Program-made: the position numbers and the translations under genes
The notes under the pieces: generated by a model
Told to the model about the DNA's origin: nothing
What the model saw: only the letters and a program-made list of their open reading frames with translations
Databases searched by the model: none
Shown: in pieces, positions 1 to 11,544 of the stretch
Layout: each line of letters starts with the position of its first letter
Position numbering within the stretch: position 1 is the stretch's first letter
DNA from: Candidatus Methanoperedenaceae archaeon GB37
GTDB lineage: Archaea > Halobacteriota > Methanosarcinia > Methanosarcinales > EX4572-44
NCBI GenBank assembly: GCA_905171695.1
Contig: LR991653.1
Location: 1,658,150-1,722,149 of the forward strand
Direction: 5' to 3'
DNA length: 64,000 nt

Positions 1-158
1 GGAGTCTAGAATCAGCAAGGATCTTGTCATGTATATATTAAAGCATGAGATAAACTGAAACATGCTCTCGATCTCTCTGCAGTTCCTGCACGAGGAGAGA
101 ATATTGCCCAGCTATAGAGATTGAATGATGAGAGGAGAGGTGGGATAGATCTTTTTTC

Positions 159-887
159 TTATTTTATTCCTACGTAGATTGTGACGATGCCGAAGCTAAG
201 GTCAAAGTATCGCACGTCTCTGATTCCTGAGTCCTTCATGAGTGCTGCAAACTCTTCTCTTTTTGGGAATGTTTTTACAGAGTCTGGGAGGTATGAGTAG
301 GCTGTGCTGCTCCCTGAGATGATTCGACCGATTGCAGGCAGGATCTTTCTGAAGTAGAGGTGGTAGATCCGTTTGAAGAGTTTGTTTCTCGGTATCCCGA
401 ACTCCAGTATAACCACTCGTCCTCCTTTATGGAGGGTGCGGGAGACCTCGGTGAGCGCTCGTCTCTTATCCTGCACATTACGTATCCCGAATGCGATCAC
501 CACGCCATCAAAGAGGTTCTCTCTGAATGGCAGGTCTTCGGCATCGGCACAGACAAACTCGATCTTCTCGATCCCACGTCTCTGGCACTTCATGGCTCCA
601 ATTTTTAGCATTTCAAGAGAGAGATCGCCTGCTATGATACTGCCATCGAAGTCGTCTTGCATGGCGATCTCGATTCCAACATCTCCGGTGCCTGAACAGA
701 GATCCAGTATTAAAGAGCCGTTCTTCACATGCAGCTCTGACACAGCGACTTTACGCCAGTATTTATCACGATTTAAGCTAAGCAACCGGTTTAGAAGATC
801 GTATCTCTTGGAAATTGCTGTAAACATCCTTTGTATCTCGTCTTTCTCAGGATTCACTTGAAAACCACCAGTGTAGGGAGCTCTCAA
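159..887 (-). CDS. Class I SAM-dependent methyltransferase, UbiE/MenG family
   Basis: 242-aa ORF. UbiE-type N-terminus (F..IS.RYDLLN..LS...D..WR) and SAM-binding motif LDLCSGTGD. Confidence 0.8.
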   Translation of the reverse strand: MRAPYTGGFQVNPEKDEIQRMFTAISKRYDLLNRLLSLNRDKYWRKVAVSELHVKNGSLILDLCSGTGDVGIEIAMQDDFDGSIIAGDLSLEMLKIGAMKCQRRGIEKIEFVCADAEDLPFRENLFDGVVIAFGIRNVQDKRRALTEVSRTLHKGGRVVILEFGIPRNKLFKRIYHLYFRKILPAIGRIISGSSTAYSYLPDSVKTFPKREEFAALMKDSGIRDVRYFDLSFGIVTIYVGIK

Positions 888-897
888 TCCGCGGGTT

Positions 898-1932
898 TCA
901 GGTGATTACGCCTGTGATCTCTGCAGCTCTCACTGCAGCCTCTTCGGTGAGGCCGTTACCGAGGATGGTGTACCGTTCTGGGCGGATCTCATGTGCATGC
1001 ATGAGCGCTTCTATGATATGTTCGTCCTTGATCCCGAGTTCATGGGCCGTTGTGGGGGCGCCGATCGTTGAGAGTGCCATCTTTATGCTCTCCCAGTCGC
1101 CACCGTGGAGGTACATCATCATGATCGTTCCAACCCCGCACTGTTCACCATGGAGTGCTGGGCGTGGTGCAATCTCGTCGAGTGCGTGACTAAACTTGTG
1201 CTCAGAGCCACTCGCAGGCCTGCTTGAACCTGCAATGCTCATGGCAACGCCACTCGAGACAAGTGCCTTCACAACCTTCCACGCAGACTCTTCGAGTCCT
1301 GGTTTAATCGAGTCGGCAGAGTCGGTGATGATCTGTGCCGTCATGAGCGAAAGTGCAGATGCATACTCGCTGAAAGCCTCTCCACGCAAGCGGTGTGCAA
1401 GCTGCCAGTCCCGCACAGCGGTGTAATTTGATATGATGTCTCCACAGCCTGCCGCAAGGAGACGATACGGCCCCTCTGCTATCACCTCTGTATCTGCAAC
1501 CACTCCAAGTGGTGGATGAGCCTCGATCGATACCGTTCGCCTCTCTCGACTAACAGACGCTCGCGACGAGACTATGCCATCATGTGAAGCAGCGGTTGGC
1601 ACACTGATGAACGGGATTGAGAGGTTATGTGATGCAAGCTTTGCAACATCGATAGATTTGCCACCCCCCACACCAAGTGCAAAATCTGCCTCCACCTCAG
1701 TACACAAGCGTTCAACCTCTTCAACCTCCTCATCCCCTGATCGCTCGATCGTTGCAATATGAACCTCATAGCCAGAGTCTGTGAGCACACGCTCTGCCAA
1801 CCGACCGAAGGACTGCCCGGTCGTCTTCCCACTGACTATCACCGCTGTACCACCAAGCTTAAGTTCGATGCAGACTTTAGCGAGGTCACTTATCACGCCA
1901 TGCCCAACCACGACGCACCTCGGTAACTCCAT
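898..1932 (-). CDS. egsA: sn-glycerol-1-phosphate dehydrogenase (archaeal lipid backbone)
   Basis: Fe-ADH/DHQS-fold ORF with [10 protein letters not shown] and a G1PDH-like N-terminus [12 protein letters not shown]. The tracked ORF runs to 2037, but the ATG at 1932 avoids overlap with the divergent neighbour. Confidence 0.85.
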   Translation of the reverse strand: MELPRCVVVGHGVISDLAKVCIELKLGGTAVIVSGKTTGQSFGRLAERVLTDSGYEVHIATIERSGDEEVEEVERLCTEVEADFALGVGGGKSIDVAKLASHNLSIPFISVPTAASHDGIVSSRASVSRERRTVSIEAHPPLGVVADTEVIAEGPYRLLAAGCGDIISNYTAVRDWQLAHRLRGEAFSEYASALSLMTAQIITDSADSIKPGLEESAWKVVKALVSSGVAMSIAGSSRPASGSEHKFSHALDEIAPRPALHGEQCGVGTIMMMYLHGGDWESIKMALSTIGAPTTAHELGIKDEHIIEALMHAHEIRPERYTILGNGLTEEAAVRAAEITGVIT

Positions 1933-1980
1933 CCATCTGTGCTTATAACTCGTATTCAAGATCGCTACCTCGAGAGAACC

Positions 1981-2826
1981 ATGTTCGAAGCTGTTAAAGA
2001 GTTCATATACAAATACTACATCTCTGGCATCATCCACGACACGTCATATAACATCGTTGACACCGTAAGCTATGCTCTGATTCTTGGCATAAGTACTTTT
2101 GCAGTATTGAAGCTATTGAGACTCCTGAAGGTGGACGTGGACCGAGACCTCATCCGCGCAACAGTACCTTATATCCTGGCAGGATCCACGCTGCGGGTGA
2201 TAGAGGATACAGAGGCTCTCCTTCCACCTTGGAAGTACATCCTGATAACACCACCAATCTATATTCTTATCTTCATAATCACAGTTCTCCTCCTCGTTCT
2301 CTCGATACAGATCGGATCAATACTCAAGCGTCACTGGCACCAGATATTCTCCTCCATGGGTATCATATGGTTTGTGATCAACCTCACACTCCTCCTAAGA
2401 ATGAAGATGCCTGAGAGAATCGGCATCCCCCTCCTGATCATGGCACTTGGAACCACTACCACCCTTTCAGTCTACCTTGCAGCAAGGAAGATCAACTTTG
2501 AGTGTCTAACCGATCGGCTCAACACAGGCATACTCGGAGCCCATCTCATCGATGCATCCTCCACATTTGTCGGGGTTGACCTTTTAGGATACTATGAGAA
2601 ACACGTGGTTCCAACACTCTTGATAAATCTCACCGGCACAGCAGCGGTGATGTACCCGCTCAAACTCGCGATATTCATACCTGCAATATACCTACTCGAC
2701 AAGGAAGTTGGAGGAAAAGACGATCAAAGGACCCAGAATCTCATCAATCTCATCAAACTCGTGATACTCGTCCTCGGACTATCACCAGCCGTAAGAAACA
2801 CACTCCGAATGACACTTGGCGTCTGA
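1981..2826 (+). CDS. DUF63-like polytopic membrane protein
   Basis: ORF 1939..2826 with ATG at 1981 (MFEAVKEF...). Multiple hydrophobic segments, archaeal DUF63-like N-terminal region. Confidence 0.55.
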   Translation: MFEAVKEFIYKYYISGIIHDTSYNIVDTVSYALILGISTFAVLKLLRLLKVDVDRDLIRATVPYILAGSTLRVIEDTEALLPPWKYILITPPIYILIFIITVLLLVLSIQIGSILKRHWHQIFSSMGIIWFVINLTLLLRMKMPERIGIPLLIMALGTTTTLSVYLAARKINFECLTDRLNTGILGAHLIDASSTFVGVDLLGYYEKHVVPTLLINLTGTAAVMYPLKLAIFIPAIYLLDKEVGGKDDQRTQNLINLIKLVILVLGLSPAVRNTLRMTLGV

Positions 2827-2928
2827 TAGAAGCCATCGAATTAACTCTGAAACCTTATTTTCACCGATTTTTCTCGGAAGAATAATGGTGAATCAGAACT
2901 ATGGAAGCAGAATAGCTACGTTCGATAG

Positions 2929-2937
2929 ATTAATAAG
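2929..2937 (+). promoter_or_regulatory. TATA-like box upstream of tRNA-Gln
   Basis: ATTAATAAG lies about 28-36 nt upstream of the mature tRNA 5' end. Confidence 0.3.
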
Positions 2938-2964
2938 GAACAAAAACAGAACTGTCATCCCGGT

Positions 2965-3037
2965 AGCCCGGTAGTGTAGAGGTCAATCATGCAAGGCTCT
3001 GGACCTTGCGACACAGGTTCGAATCCTGTCCGGGCTA
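2965..3037 (+). tRNA. tRNA-Gln (anticodon CUG)
   Basis: 73-nt cloverleaf. Acceptor AGCCCGG/CCGGGCT, anticodon stem CAAGG/CCTTG with loop CTCTGGA, T-arm ACAGG-TTCGAAT-CCTGT, discriminator A. No intron and no encoded CCA. Confidence 0.88.
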
Positions 3038-3179
3038 CTCTACTCTCCTATACCGTTTGGATATAAGAGACCACCAATCAGGAATACTGTTAATCCGCAT
3101 GTCACTTGGCAAGATGGTGGGGGGTGCCAGCCAGCCTCTGTAGGATCTTCTGTAGGAGCCTCGTGGTTTGCCTTGTGGT

Positions 3180-3980
3180 TTATAGGTTCAGAACGTCTTT
3201 GATTCCGTAGATTCCTGGTGGGATCTCTTCTCTTGAGATCCATCTGGCTGCGTTTATGGCACCTGCTGCGAAGGTCTGTCTGCTGTGTGCTTGGTGTTTT
3301 ATCTCGATGCGTTCGCCGTTGCCGGCAAAGATTATTGTGTGGTCTCCGACGATGTCTCCGCCTCTGACTGCGTGTATGGCGATCTCTGATCTTCTGGGGG
3401 CGAGTCCATGGCGTCCGTATATGATTGGTTTTTCTTCTTTCAGTTGTTGGTTTATTGTTTCGGCGGCTTTTATGGCTGTTCCGCTTGGTGCATCTCTCTT
3501 CTGGTTGTGGTGTGCTTCTATGATCTCGATGTCATAGTTGTGGAGGTGTTTGGTTGCTTCTTCTATCAGTTTTAAGAAGACGTTTACGCCTGTTGAGAAG
3601 TTTGGTGCTATTACTGCTTTTATCTTTGATTTTTTTATGTTTTCTTCGTTTTGTTGTTGTTGTTTTGGTGTGAAGCCTGTGGTTCCAACCACGAGATTGA
3701 CTTTGGATTTGCAGGCGGTTTCAATGGTTTTAACCGCTGCATCTGCAATTGTGAAATCGATCAGTACGTCTGTTCTTGTTCTCTTAAGCTCGGTTGAGAG
3801 GTTGTCTGGGTGGGTTACGTTTATGCCGAGTGCACCGCCGCCAACGATGTTTCCTATATCTTCACCCACTCGTGCAAGGTCAAAGCCTGCAACTAGTTCC
3901 ATGTCATCTGCCGAGAGCACATTCTGCTCTATAAGCGTTCCCATGCGCCCACAGGCACCACTCACTGCCACGCGTATCAT
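3180..3980 (-). CDS. dapB: 4-hydroxy-tetrahydrodipicolinate reductase
   Basis: 266 aa. N-terminal Rossmann VAVSGACGRMG and EAHHNQKRDAPSGTA motif. Confidence 0.9.
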   Translation of the reverse strand: MIRVAVSGACGRMGTLIEQNVLSADDMELVAGFDLARVGEDIGNIVGGGALGINVTHPDNLSTELKRTRTDVLIDFTIADAAVKTIETACKSKVNLVVGTTGFTPKQQQQNEENIKKSKIKAVIAPNFSTGVNVFLKLIEEATKHLHNYDIEIIEAHHNQKRDAPSGTAIKAAETINQQLKEEKPIIYGRHGLAPRRSEIAIHAVRGGDIVGDHTIIFAGNGERIEIKHQAHSRQTFAAGAINAARWISREEIPPGIYGIKDVLNL

Positions 3981-4858
3981 AGGAGACCAAGCCTACCAAG
4001 TGCGTCTCGAAGTGCATTCTCGGTGGCAGTCGTCCCACGATGGAGTGGGAGTCGCAGATGCCCGCTTGGAAGACCGCATAGCTCCATCGCCATCTTCACA
4101 GGCACAGGGTTCGTCTCAAGAAATAGAGCCCTTACAAGGGGGGAAAGCTCATAGTGTATCTCCAAAGCCGTCTTCATTTCCCCATTCTCAACTGCCTTGA
4201 CCATCTTGACTACCCTCTCAGGCACAAGATTTGCCGCTACCGATATGACGCCGATACCTCCGAGGCTCATGATCGGGAGCGTGAGCGCGTCATCGCCAGA
4301 GAGGACTGCAAAATCCATCTCACGTGTAGACTCAATGATCGTTGAGACCTGCTGGAGATCGCCGCTTGCTTCCTTTATCCCAACGATATTATCGATTCTT
4401 GCAAGTTCAGAGACTACATCAGGCGTCATATTCAACTGGGTCCGTCCCGGGACATTGTAGAGTATTATTGGAATTTCAACGCTCTCAGCTATCGCAGTAA
4501 AGTGTCGTATGAGTCCCTCTCTATTCGGTTTATTGTAATAAGGTGTTATGAGGAGCGCTGCGTCAGCGCCAGCGTCTTCTGCATGCTTTGTGAGAGAGAT
4601 CGCCTCGGAAGTGCTGTTAGAACCAGTGCCAGCGATCACGGGCACATCTGCATGCTCAACCACACAATCGACGACCTCCATATGCTCAGCCGTGCTCAGA
4701 GTCGCAGACTCGCCAGTGGTGCCGCAGGGAACAACCCCTGAGACGCCAGCATCTGAGAGAAACTGGAGATTCTCCACGAGTCCATCACGATCCACTCGAT
4801 CCTCTTCCGTGAAAGGAGTTATAATTGCTGGAATAACACCACCAAACACAAAGACCAC
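3977..4858 (-). CDS. dapA: 4-hydroxy-tetrahydrodipicolinate synthase
   Basis: 293 aa, DapA/NAL family (GTTGES, IVGIKEASGD). 4-nt overlap with dapB. Confidence 0.9.
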   Translation of the reverse strand: MVFVFGGVIPAIITPFTEEDRVDRDGLVENLQFLSDAGVSGVVPCGTTGESATLSTAEHMEVVDCVVEHADVPVIAGTGSNSTSEAISLTKHAEDAGADAALLITPYYNKPNREGLIRHFTAIAESVEIPIILYNVPGRTQLNMTPDVVSELARIDNIVGIKEASGDLQQVSTIIESTREMDFAVLSGDDALTLPIMSLGGIGVISVAANLVPERVVKMVKAVENGEMKTALEIHYELSPLVRALFLETNPVPVKMAMELCGLPSGHLRLPLHRGTTATENALRDALGRLGLL

Positions 4859-4869
4859 CTCTGAATGAA

Positions 4870-5067
4870 TTATCTCTCACTCGCTTCTATCCGCTTCTTC
4901 CGAACAATATAACCTGCCACACGATTGCGTATAGACTTGCCCTTAACATTTGTGTACCTAACCACCTTCTCCTTATTGGCTTCAAAATCCAGACCAAACT
5001 CATCGCCATGCTCTGAGAGCAACTTCGCAGCAAGACGCTTAATATACGTCTGTCTAATATTTCCCAT
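4870..5067 (-). CDS. rps17e: 30S ribosomal protein S17e
   Basis: MGNIRQTYIKRLA... S17e signature. ATG at 5067 within tracked ORF 4870..5076. Confidence 0.9.
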   Translation of the reverse strand: MGNIRQTYIKRLAAKLLSEHGDEFGLDFEANKEKVVRYTNVKGKSIRNRVAGYIVRKKRIEASER

Positions 5068-5367
5068 AACCATCAAAGCCTCATACCGTGATACATCTAT
5101 TCATCAGACCGATCTTATATATAGATTTCTCGGCTGTTTTTATAACTGATTACAACGCTCTCATCGTTCATTCAGAGTCTGAACGCTACTTAAGTGTTCT
5201 CAATACCATTCACAGGTGAAGATGACGCCACTCAGATCTATGGATCGAGGGAGGGATCGAATGGGTCGTTGACCCGAGCATAGATGGTTGCGTCTTATGT
5301 GCAATCAGAAAGCTTATAATTAAAAAGAGTTTCATGTAACGTTGTATTCTGTAGCTTGAGGGAGCTT

Positions 5368-6567
5368 ATGAAGCGTAACATAATAGTTGAGAAGATATCT
5401 GAGAGACCAATCGAAGATCAGGCGATGGAGATTGTTGAGCGGAAGGGGGTGGGGCATCCTGACAGTATTGCAGATGGGATTGCTGAAGCGGCGAGCAGGG
5501 CGCTATGTAATCTCTACGAGGACGAGTGCGGTATGATACTGCATCACAATACCGATCAGGTGGAGATCGTGGCAGGGTCTTCTGCACCCGAATACGGTGG
5601 TGGCGAGTTGATATCACCGATCTATGTACTCCTGAATGGTCGCGCAACAAAAGAGTTTGAAGGCACGCCAATTCCAACCGATACCACGGTTATTGGGGCT
5701 GCAAGAAAGTACTTGGAGGAGACTCTGCTCAATATCGATCTTGAACGACACGTGATACTTGACTGCAGGATAGGGAGCGGGTCAACCGATCTGCAGAATG
5801 TCTTCAAACGTGGAGAGGTTCCACTCGCAAACGACACATCATTCGGCGTGGGTTTTGCTCCACTCTCTGAGACAGAAGAACTCACGTACAACACTGAGCG
5901 GTTCATGATCGAAGAGCTCAGGAGGAAGGGGATCCCTGCGATCGGCGAGGACGTAAAGGTGATGGGCTTCCGGGAGAACGAGACGATCAGCCTAACGATT
6001 GCATGTGCCATGGTAGGGCGATACGTGGACGATCTTGACGCATACATCAGCATCAAGGAAGAGATCGCTGAGAAGGTTCTTGACATGGCAGTAAAGTACA
6101 CCGAGCGTGATGTCAGGGTGATGGTGAATACCGCTGATGACCTCGAAGCAGGCTCTGTCTATCTCACTGTCACAGGAACCTCTGCCGAGATGGGCGATGA
6201 CGGATCGGTCGGACGCGGCAATCGGTGCAATGGTCTGATCACACCGTGGCGTCCGATGAGCATGGAGGCGACGAGTGGAAAGAACCCTATCAATCACTCT
6301 GGCAAGATCTACAATCTCCTCTCAAACGAGATGGCACGCGAGATAGCAGAGGAGGTAAGAGGCGTCGAGGACGTATACATTCGCATACTGTCACGCATCG
6401 GTTATCCGATCGACCAGCCGCTCGTTGCAAGTGCACAGGTAGTGCCAAGTGAAGGCGCCGAGATGGGTCTCATCGAACGTGAAACCACTACTATAATGGA
6501 TCGGTGGCTTGAAGAGATAACAAGTATAACGGAGATGATCGTTGAGGGCAGGATAAAAACGTTCTAA
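5368..6567 (+). CDS. mat: archaeal-type S-adenosylmethionine synthetase
   Basis: About 400 aa of the archaeal MAT family ([17 protein letters not shown]). ATG at 5368 preferred over TTG at 5356. Confidence 0.9.
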   Translation: MKRNIIVEKISERPIEDQAMEIVERKGVGHPDSIADGIAEAASRALCNLYEDECGMILHHNTDQVEIVAGSSAPEYGGGELISPIYVLLNGRATKEFEGTPIPTDTTVIGAARKYLEETLLNIDLERHVILDCRIGSGSTDLQNVFKRGEVPLANDTSFGVGFAPLSETEELTYNTERFMIEELRRKGIPAIGEDVKVMGFRENETISLTIACAMVGRYVDDLDAYISIKEEIAEKVLDMAVKYTERDVRVMVNTADDLEAGSVYLTVTGTSAEMGDDGSVGRGNRCNGLITPWRPMSMEATSGKNPINHSGKIYNLLSNEMAREIAEEVRGVEDVYIRILSRIGYPIDQPLVASAQVVPSEGAEMGLIERETTTIMDRWLEEITSITEMIVEGRIKTF

Positions 6568-6592
6568 GCTCGTTCTAAGCTTTATGTAAGCT

Positions 6593-7996
6593 TTATGTAA
6601 GATTATTTGCCGATCTTCGCCTCTCAAGTGCCTCTTCAAAGCGTTTCCATAGTTCCGGGTATGATTCTCTCACGCGTATGAGATCTGCCATCTCTGCCGA
6701 GGGGCAGAGCCAGCATCCGATCCGATCGAAACCCTCCTCGTACAATCGATTGTAGGGTGCGTTCTTCGAGAAGAGGTAGAGCCATACGTGCATCGCTGTC
6801 CAGTTCTGGATCGGAGAAGCTCCTATCTGGTTCTCCACAGAGTGGTTCTTCCATACATGTTCGCTCTTTGCCCGTGCACTCGATTCATATCTTCGCTGTC
6901 CGATGAATGATAGACACCCATCTGGGTACTCTCTCTCGATCAGTTCTTTTATAGGTGTGAGCTTGCATACCTTGCAGCACCAGCGCATCGCAGGGCTTGG
7001 TGGCCCAAGCTCTTCGAATGACTCCCAGAAGCGATTCCCAGCGCTCGCTCTTAATAGGTTCAGGTTGTACTCCTTTGTCACGCATTCGACGTTTCTCACC
7101 GTCTCTGGAAACTCGAGTCCTGTGTCCACGAATAAGAGATCGAACTCTCTCTTCAACTCACTCTCTCTCAGCGCCTCCTTGACAAGCAGGAGCGTTGCAA
7201 GGCTGTCCTTTCCACCTGAATACGAGACCGTTATCGGTCGGTCGACACTCGCGACAACGCCTCTGATAAACTCTCGAGCACGCTTGACATACCTCTCAAG
7301 CACGTCTCGGTTAGCGACAACAGCAGAGCTCCACTCGTGCTCATCATCTGGCAGGTTCTCACGCGGCATGCCATGCCACCTCGTCTTAACGGCAACCCCC
7401 TTCGTTGCAGTGATCATATCCTCCCCACTCATCCGTGCACGCCCACATGCAACGACGCGTCCATCAGGCGTGAGCACCACAACCTCGGAATCGACCATAA
7501 TCTCTCGATCGGCATCGATCACCCCTGGCGCAAGGACGTTCGCACCTTGTTCTACGAGTCCCACGGCACCCTCGTCGATTCTGATCCACCCTCTTCTTCT
7601 AGAGAGATCTGTCTCCCTGTTGAAGATCCTTGCCGCGCCTTCGAGTCGTGGCAGGAATCTCCACCGCTTCTCAGGTACTTCAAAGCGGAGCGATCCCATC
7701 ACAGCACCGTCTAGGATCACCTCATCCATCCGATCCTCATAAGGTGCTCTGTTCAAGACCACAACTCTCTTCGCTGGCACGAGTCTCTCATTGTACTGTG
7801 ACTCTGTGACCTGGTTTATCAAGTCTATATCATATTGAAATGCTGGTCTGATGTCGCCAGGAGGTGTAATGTTCACCATGACTGTCTGACTCTTGCACCT
7901 GCCACAGGTCTTGTCAAGGACCGGGAGGTTGCAGTTCTCACACCAGTGCAGCCAGAGTCTGCCAAGATACGTCCTCTTCTGCCGCGACATCCTCAC
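6593..7996 (-). CDS. Zn-ribbon + PUA + PAPS-reductase-like (PP-loop) protein
   Basis: N-terminal CxxC..CxxC, PUA-like middle region, SYSGGKDS PP-loop motif, C-terminal Cys cluster. Confidence 0.7.
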   Translation of the reverse strand: MRMSRQKRTYLGRLWLHWCENCNLPVLDKTCGRCKSQTVMVNITPPGDIRPAFQYDIDLINQVTESQYNERLVPAKRVVVLNRAPYEDRMDEVILDGAVMGSLRFEVPEKRWRFLPRLEGAARIFNRETDLSRRRGWIRIDEGAVGLVEQGANVLAPGVIDADREIMVDSEVVVLTPDGRVVACGRARMSGEDMITATKGVAVKTRWHGMPRENLPDDEHEWSSAVVANRDVLERYVKRAREFIRGVVASVDRPITVSYSGGKDSLATLLLVKEALRESELKREFDLLFVDTGLEFPETVRNVECVTKEYNLNLLRASAGNRFWESFEELGPPSPAMRWCCKVCKLTPIKELIEREYPDGCLSFIGQRRYESSARAKSEHVWKNHSVENQIGASPIQNWTAMHVWLYLFSKNAPYNRLYEEGFDRIGCWLCPSAEMADLIRVRESYPELWKRFEEALERRRSANNLT

Positions 7997-8610
7997 CTCA
8001 CATCCCCGAGTCTCTTCTGTGCAATCTTGAGCCCTTCAAGGTTGAGACGTTCCCTGAGCATCTCCACAAGTATCTCAACCGCCTCCTCAGGTGGGGACTC
8101 GCCCTCCACAATCTCATAAGCCGGGTCACCGCGCGGGATATCGATCCTCCTTATATCCGACCTGATTTCCTCAAGACCCTCACCACTTAAGGTGCGAACA
8201 GCATGATCTGAATGTGGATTTGGAATTGCAAGCATTTTTAATTCCTGTTTGAAGCATGGGCGATCAAGCAGTTTTGTTAGCAGATAGACAGCCACTCGCA
8301 ATCGTTTCTCACGGTCAACGTCCTCGAGCTTCTCTGAGATCAATTCGTATATATCCTTCCTCCCGTGAAGCGCAGTGTAGACCTTCGAAGGCGGAAGATC
8401 CTCCCTCTTCACGTATCCAAGATCCTCGAGCGCACGCAGGTACCCTGTTATTATCAAACGATGACAACTATAACCATGCTTTGCCAGCTCACGCGAGATG
8501 CCGCTTATCGATAGCTGCTGCCCCTTCACAATCCCTGTTATAGTGCTGTAAAATCTATCCGACATCCAGAAGTCTCTATTGGTAACACAATTGAATAAAG
8601 CTTTGGTCAC
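7993..8610 (-). CDS. hypothetical winged-helix protein
   Basis: 205 aa, 4-nt overlap with the downstream PP-loop gene. wHTH-like segment ISGISRELAKHGYSCHRLIITGYLRALEDLGYV. Confidence 0.4.
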   Translation of the reverse strand: MTKALFNCVTNRDFWMSDRFYSTITGIVKGQQLSISGISRELAKHGYSCHRLIITGYLRALEDLGYVKREDLPPSKVYTALHGRKDIYELISEKLEDVDREKRLRVAVYLLTKLLDRPCFKQELKMLAIPNPHSDHAVRTLSGEGLEEIRSDIRRIDIPRGDPAYEIVEGESPPEEAVEILVEMLRERLNLEGLKIAQKRLGDVR

Positions 8611-8656
8611 ACCGAGACAATCGAGCTTTCTGGGATTCTTCTTCGTTGCCCTGGCC

Positions 8657-10699
8657 CTATTTGACCTTCACCCCGTTCTTTACAGGTTCGTCTGGTTCGA
8701 GAAGGACGCCATTCTCGGTTGCAAGTAGCATGCCCTGTGATTCAACGCCGAAGAGCTTTGCAGGCTCCATATTGGCGACGACGAGAACCTGTCTTTCTAA
8801 GAGTTCTTCTGGGGTGTAGTGTTCTCTGATGCCTGCCACGATCACTCGCGGTATTGTCTCGCCAAGATCGACTGTGAGTTTCAAGAGCTTCTCAGAGCCT
8901 TTGATGCTCGTTGCTTCTTTCACAGTACCGATACGTAGATCCAGTCGTTCAAATTCGTCGAGAGTGATGCTATCAGATCTTCCCCTCTCTTCACCATCTT
9001 TCTTGTTCTTCATCTCTTTTTCCACCGCTTCAATGATTCGCTTGCTAAGAATTCTCTCCATCTCCTCGATCTTTTCATCATCGATCTTATTAAATAGGAT
9101 CTCAGGCTTCAGAATCGGTCTTCCACCCTCGAGTTCGACGAGTGCTTCATCGTATGATACGGTATGAACGCTCTCTCTAAGACCGAGATCTCTCCACGCG
9201 ACCTCCATCAACCCTGGCATCACGGGATCGAAGAGTACGATGAGAGCCTTTGCTATCTGGAGACAATCCTTTATAACACCTGCACATGCCTCTCGATTGG
9301 TCTTCACAAGCTTCCACGGCTCCATTGACTGGAAATATGTGTTGCCAAAGTCAGAGAGTGTCATTGCACTATCCACAGCCCGTTTAAACTCATACCCACC
9401 GATACTCTCAGTGAATTCGTCGATCGCCTGACCTATCCGATCCATAACTTCAGAACTCACAGCCGCCATAGGAACCTCTTTAAAGTTCTTGTATGCAAAT
9501 AGCGTGGTGCGGTAGAGAAAATTTCCGAGAGATCCGACAAGTTCCTTGTTTACCTTCTCCTGAAATATCTTCCACGAGAAGTTGAGTTCCTTTGTATGGG
9601 ACGTGTAACTTGCAAGATAATACCGGAGGAGATCAGGGTGAAAACCATGCGCCAGGTAGTCCTCATCGACCCAGACTATATACCCGCGACTCTTCGAGAA
9701 CTTCTTATCCTCAATCTTCACCATCCCGGACGCAACCACAGCCCATGGAACCGTGTAACCGGCACCCTTCAGGATCGCTGGCCAGAAGATGCAATGGTGA
9801 TAGACGATATCAAGCCCGATGAAGTGAATGATCCTCGAGTCACCGCGCCAGATAGCCTCCCAATCACCCCCGGTCCGTTTCGCCCACTCCTCAGTAAAAG
9901 AGATGTACCCGATCGGAGCGTCCACCCAGACATAGACGACAAGCCCCTCGTGCCCGGGAAAAGAGACCCCCCACTCCATATTCCGCGTAATACACCAGTC
10001 ACGAAGCTCCTGATTCACCCACTCAATAGCATAGTTGCGCGCATTACTCGTGCCACGAAGACCTGGGAGATACTGAAGCAGGAAGTCCTTGAACCGAGAA
10101 AGCCTGAAGAAGAAATGCTCCTGAGTACGATACTCAGCCTCACGCCCACATATCTTACAAACAGGATCTCTTATCTCGCCCGGCTCAAGATGCTTACCAC
10201 AGCCCTGATCACACTCATCACCCCTTGCACGAACCCCACAGTAGGGACAGCGACCCTCAACATACCGATCAGGAAGAAAACGATCACAACGAGGGCAGTA
10301 CGCAAGCTCAATTCTCCGAGGATAGACATGCCCAGCCTCGATCAGAGCCTCCACAATCTGAAGAGTCCTGTGATGATTCGATGGAGCGTCAGTCGTCCCA
10401 AAATAATCAAACTCCACACCCATTCGTCTGAATATCTCATCAAAATGGGCATGATACATCTCAACAAGTTCACCCGGCAGAATGCCAAGCTCCTCAGCAT
10501 TCATCACAATGGGCGTGCCGTGAGTATCAGAACCACAGACAAAGACAACCTCCTGACCCTGCTTACGGAGCGTTCGGACAAAGATATCAGCAGGAACATA
10601 AGTCCGAAGATGCCCAATATGACACCGCCCATTGGCATACGGCAGACCACACGTCACAAGAACAGGTTTTTCAACCGGAAAATCAGAGACCAAAGGCAT
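8657..10699 (-). CDS. metG: methionine--tRNA ligase with C-terminal tRNA-binding domain
   Basis: 680 aa. HIGH-type motif (CHIGHL), KFSKS, Zn knuckles CPRC/CPYC, Trbp111/EMAP-like C-terminus. Confidence 0.95.
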   Translation of the reverse strand: MPLVSDFPVEKPVLVTCGLPYANGRCHIGHLRTYVPADIFVRTLRKQGQEVVFVCGSDTHGTPIVMNAEELGILPGELVEMYHAHFDEIFRRMGVEFDYFGTTDAPSNHHRTLQIVEALIEAGHVYPRRIELAYCPRCDRFLPDRYVEGRCPYCGVRARGDECDQGCGKHLEPGEIRDPVCKICGREAEYRTQEHFFFRLSRFKDFLLQYLPGLRGTSNARNYAIEWVNQELRDWCITRNMEWGVSFPGHEGLVVYVWVDAPIGYISFTEEWAKRTGGDWEAIWRGDSRIIHFIGLDIVYHHCIFWPAILKGAGYTVPWAVVASGMVKIEDKKFSKSRGYIVWVDEDYLAHGFHPDLLRYYLASYTSHTKELNFSWKIFQEKVNKELVGSLGNFLYRTTLFAYKNFKEVPMAAVSSEVMDRIGQAIDEFTESIGGYEFKRAVDSAMTLSDFGNTYFQSMEPWKLVKTNREACAGVIKDCLQIAKALIVLFDPVMPGLMEVAWRDLGLRESVHTVSYDEALVELEGGRPILKPEILFNKIDDEKIEEMERILSKRIIEAVEKEMKNKKDGEERGRSDSITLDEFERLDLRIGTVKEATSIKGSEKLLKLTVDLGETIPRVIVAGIREHYTPEELLERQVLVVANMEPAKLFGVESQGMLLATENGVLLEPDEPVKNGVKVK

Positions 10700-10770
10700 A
10701 ACAACCAGAGCACATACAATTCAAATATACAAATACATTGCTGTAGAGAGAAGAGTTGATGCGAGAGCGA

Positions 10771-11544
10771 TCATTTTACCTGTTGAGGGGGTGGAGAGTC
10801 CCACTTGAAGTTCCATTGGGGTGAAGAGTACTTTTCAACGAGCTTGTCTCCCAGTTCTCTCTCGCTTGGTGTTGGGGCGGTGGGTTTGAGTCTCGCATCG
10901 AACTCTTCCTCGAACTTTGTGATGATCTTCTTCTTAACATCGTCCATCCTCACAGGGTAGCCAAGCTCTCTATCCATCCAGGTGAGGCTCTCTTCAAGAG
11001 AGCTTACAAGTTTGTCACTGTACTTTTCACTTGGCACGTTCAAGAGGCGAGCCATCTCTCTCACGTCGAAGTCGAGGAGGAGTGTTCCGTTCTGGAGTAG
11101 ACGATTGCCTCGTCTGGTCTGAGCGTTTCCAGAGATCTTTCGACCCGATACGACGACATCGTTTATGGGGCGGAAACAAGCGTCCATGCCGTAATCTTTC
11201 AGGACCTCGATTAGGACGTTACAGATGGTGTGGTAGGACTCTATGATCTCGAGCGGAAACTGTGTGCCGTCTATCTCGCCAACCACGCCGTAGTTGATCT
11301 GGCGGCCACGGTCGTCTGAAAAGGCGATGCCTCCGCCGCTGATGCGCCGAACGATCGTATAATCTTTGCACTCATCGAGGTTCAACTCGAGGCTTGCCCG
11401 TTGGAAGAAGCCGAGTATGATCGATTTGATCGGGGTCCAGAAGAAGAGCGTGTTTCTGTGGGCACGTCGTAGTATCGCTTCGTTCATCGCCATCATATAT
11501 CTTATATCCACAACGCCAAACTCGATTAAACGCCACTCATCCAT
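10771..11544 (-). CDS. lplA: lipoate-protein ligase A, catalytic domain
   Basis: 257 aa. BPL/LPL catalytic fold with RRISGGG and GRKISGNAQ lysine motif. Confidence 0.85.
   Translation of the reverse strand: MDEWRLIEFGVVDIRYMMAMNEAILRRAHRNTLFFWTPIKSIILGFFQRASLELNLDECKDYTIVRRISGGGIAFSDDRGRQINYGVVGEIDGTQFPLEIIESYHTICNVLIEVLKDYGMDACFRPINDVVVSGRKISGNAQTRRGNRLLQNGTLLLDFDVREMARLLNVPSEKYSDKLVSSLEESLTWMDRELGYPVRMDDVKKKIITKFEEEFDARLKPTAPTPSERELGDKLVEKYSSPQWNFKWDSPPPQQVK

Noticed and set aside
1933-2037. N-terminal extensions of egsA (to 2037) and of the DUF63 gene (from 1939).
   Set aside because: The extensions overlap each other on opposite strands. The conserved protein N-termini begin at the internal ATGs (1932 and 1981).
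5077-5367. Riboswitch or leader structure upstream of the SAM synthetase gene.
   Set aside because: Only short generic hairpins are present (for example TTCAG-AGT-CTGAA). Nothing resembles a known SAM-binding fold, and archaeal SAM riboswitches are not established.
9596-10759. Long + strand ORF (387 aa) and similar long ORFs at 3538-4200, 6903-7742, 34070-34744, 58539-59198 and 62892-63872.
   Set aside because: Each lies antisense to a confidently identified conserved gene (metG, dapB, the PP-loop gene, map, the GTPase, cofG). Their low-complexity Ser/Pro/Arg/Thr-rich translations are typical of shadow ORFs.
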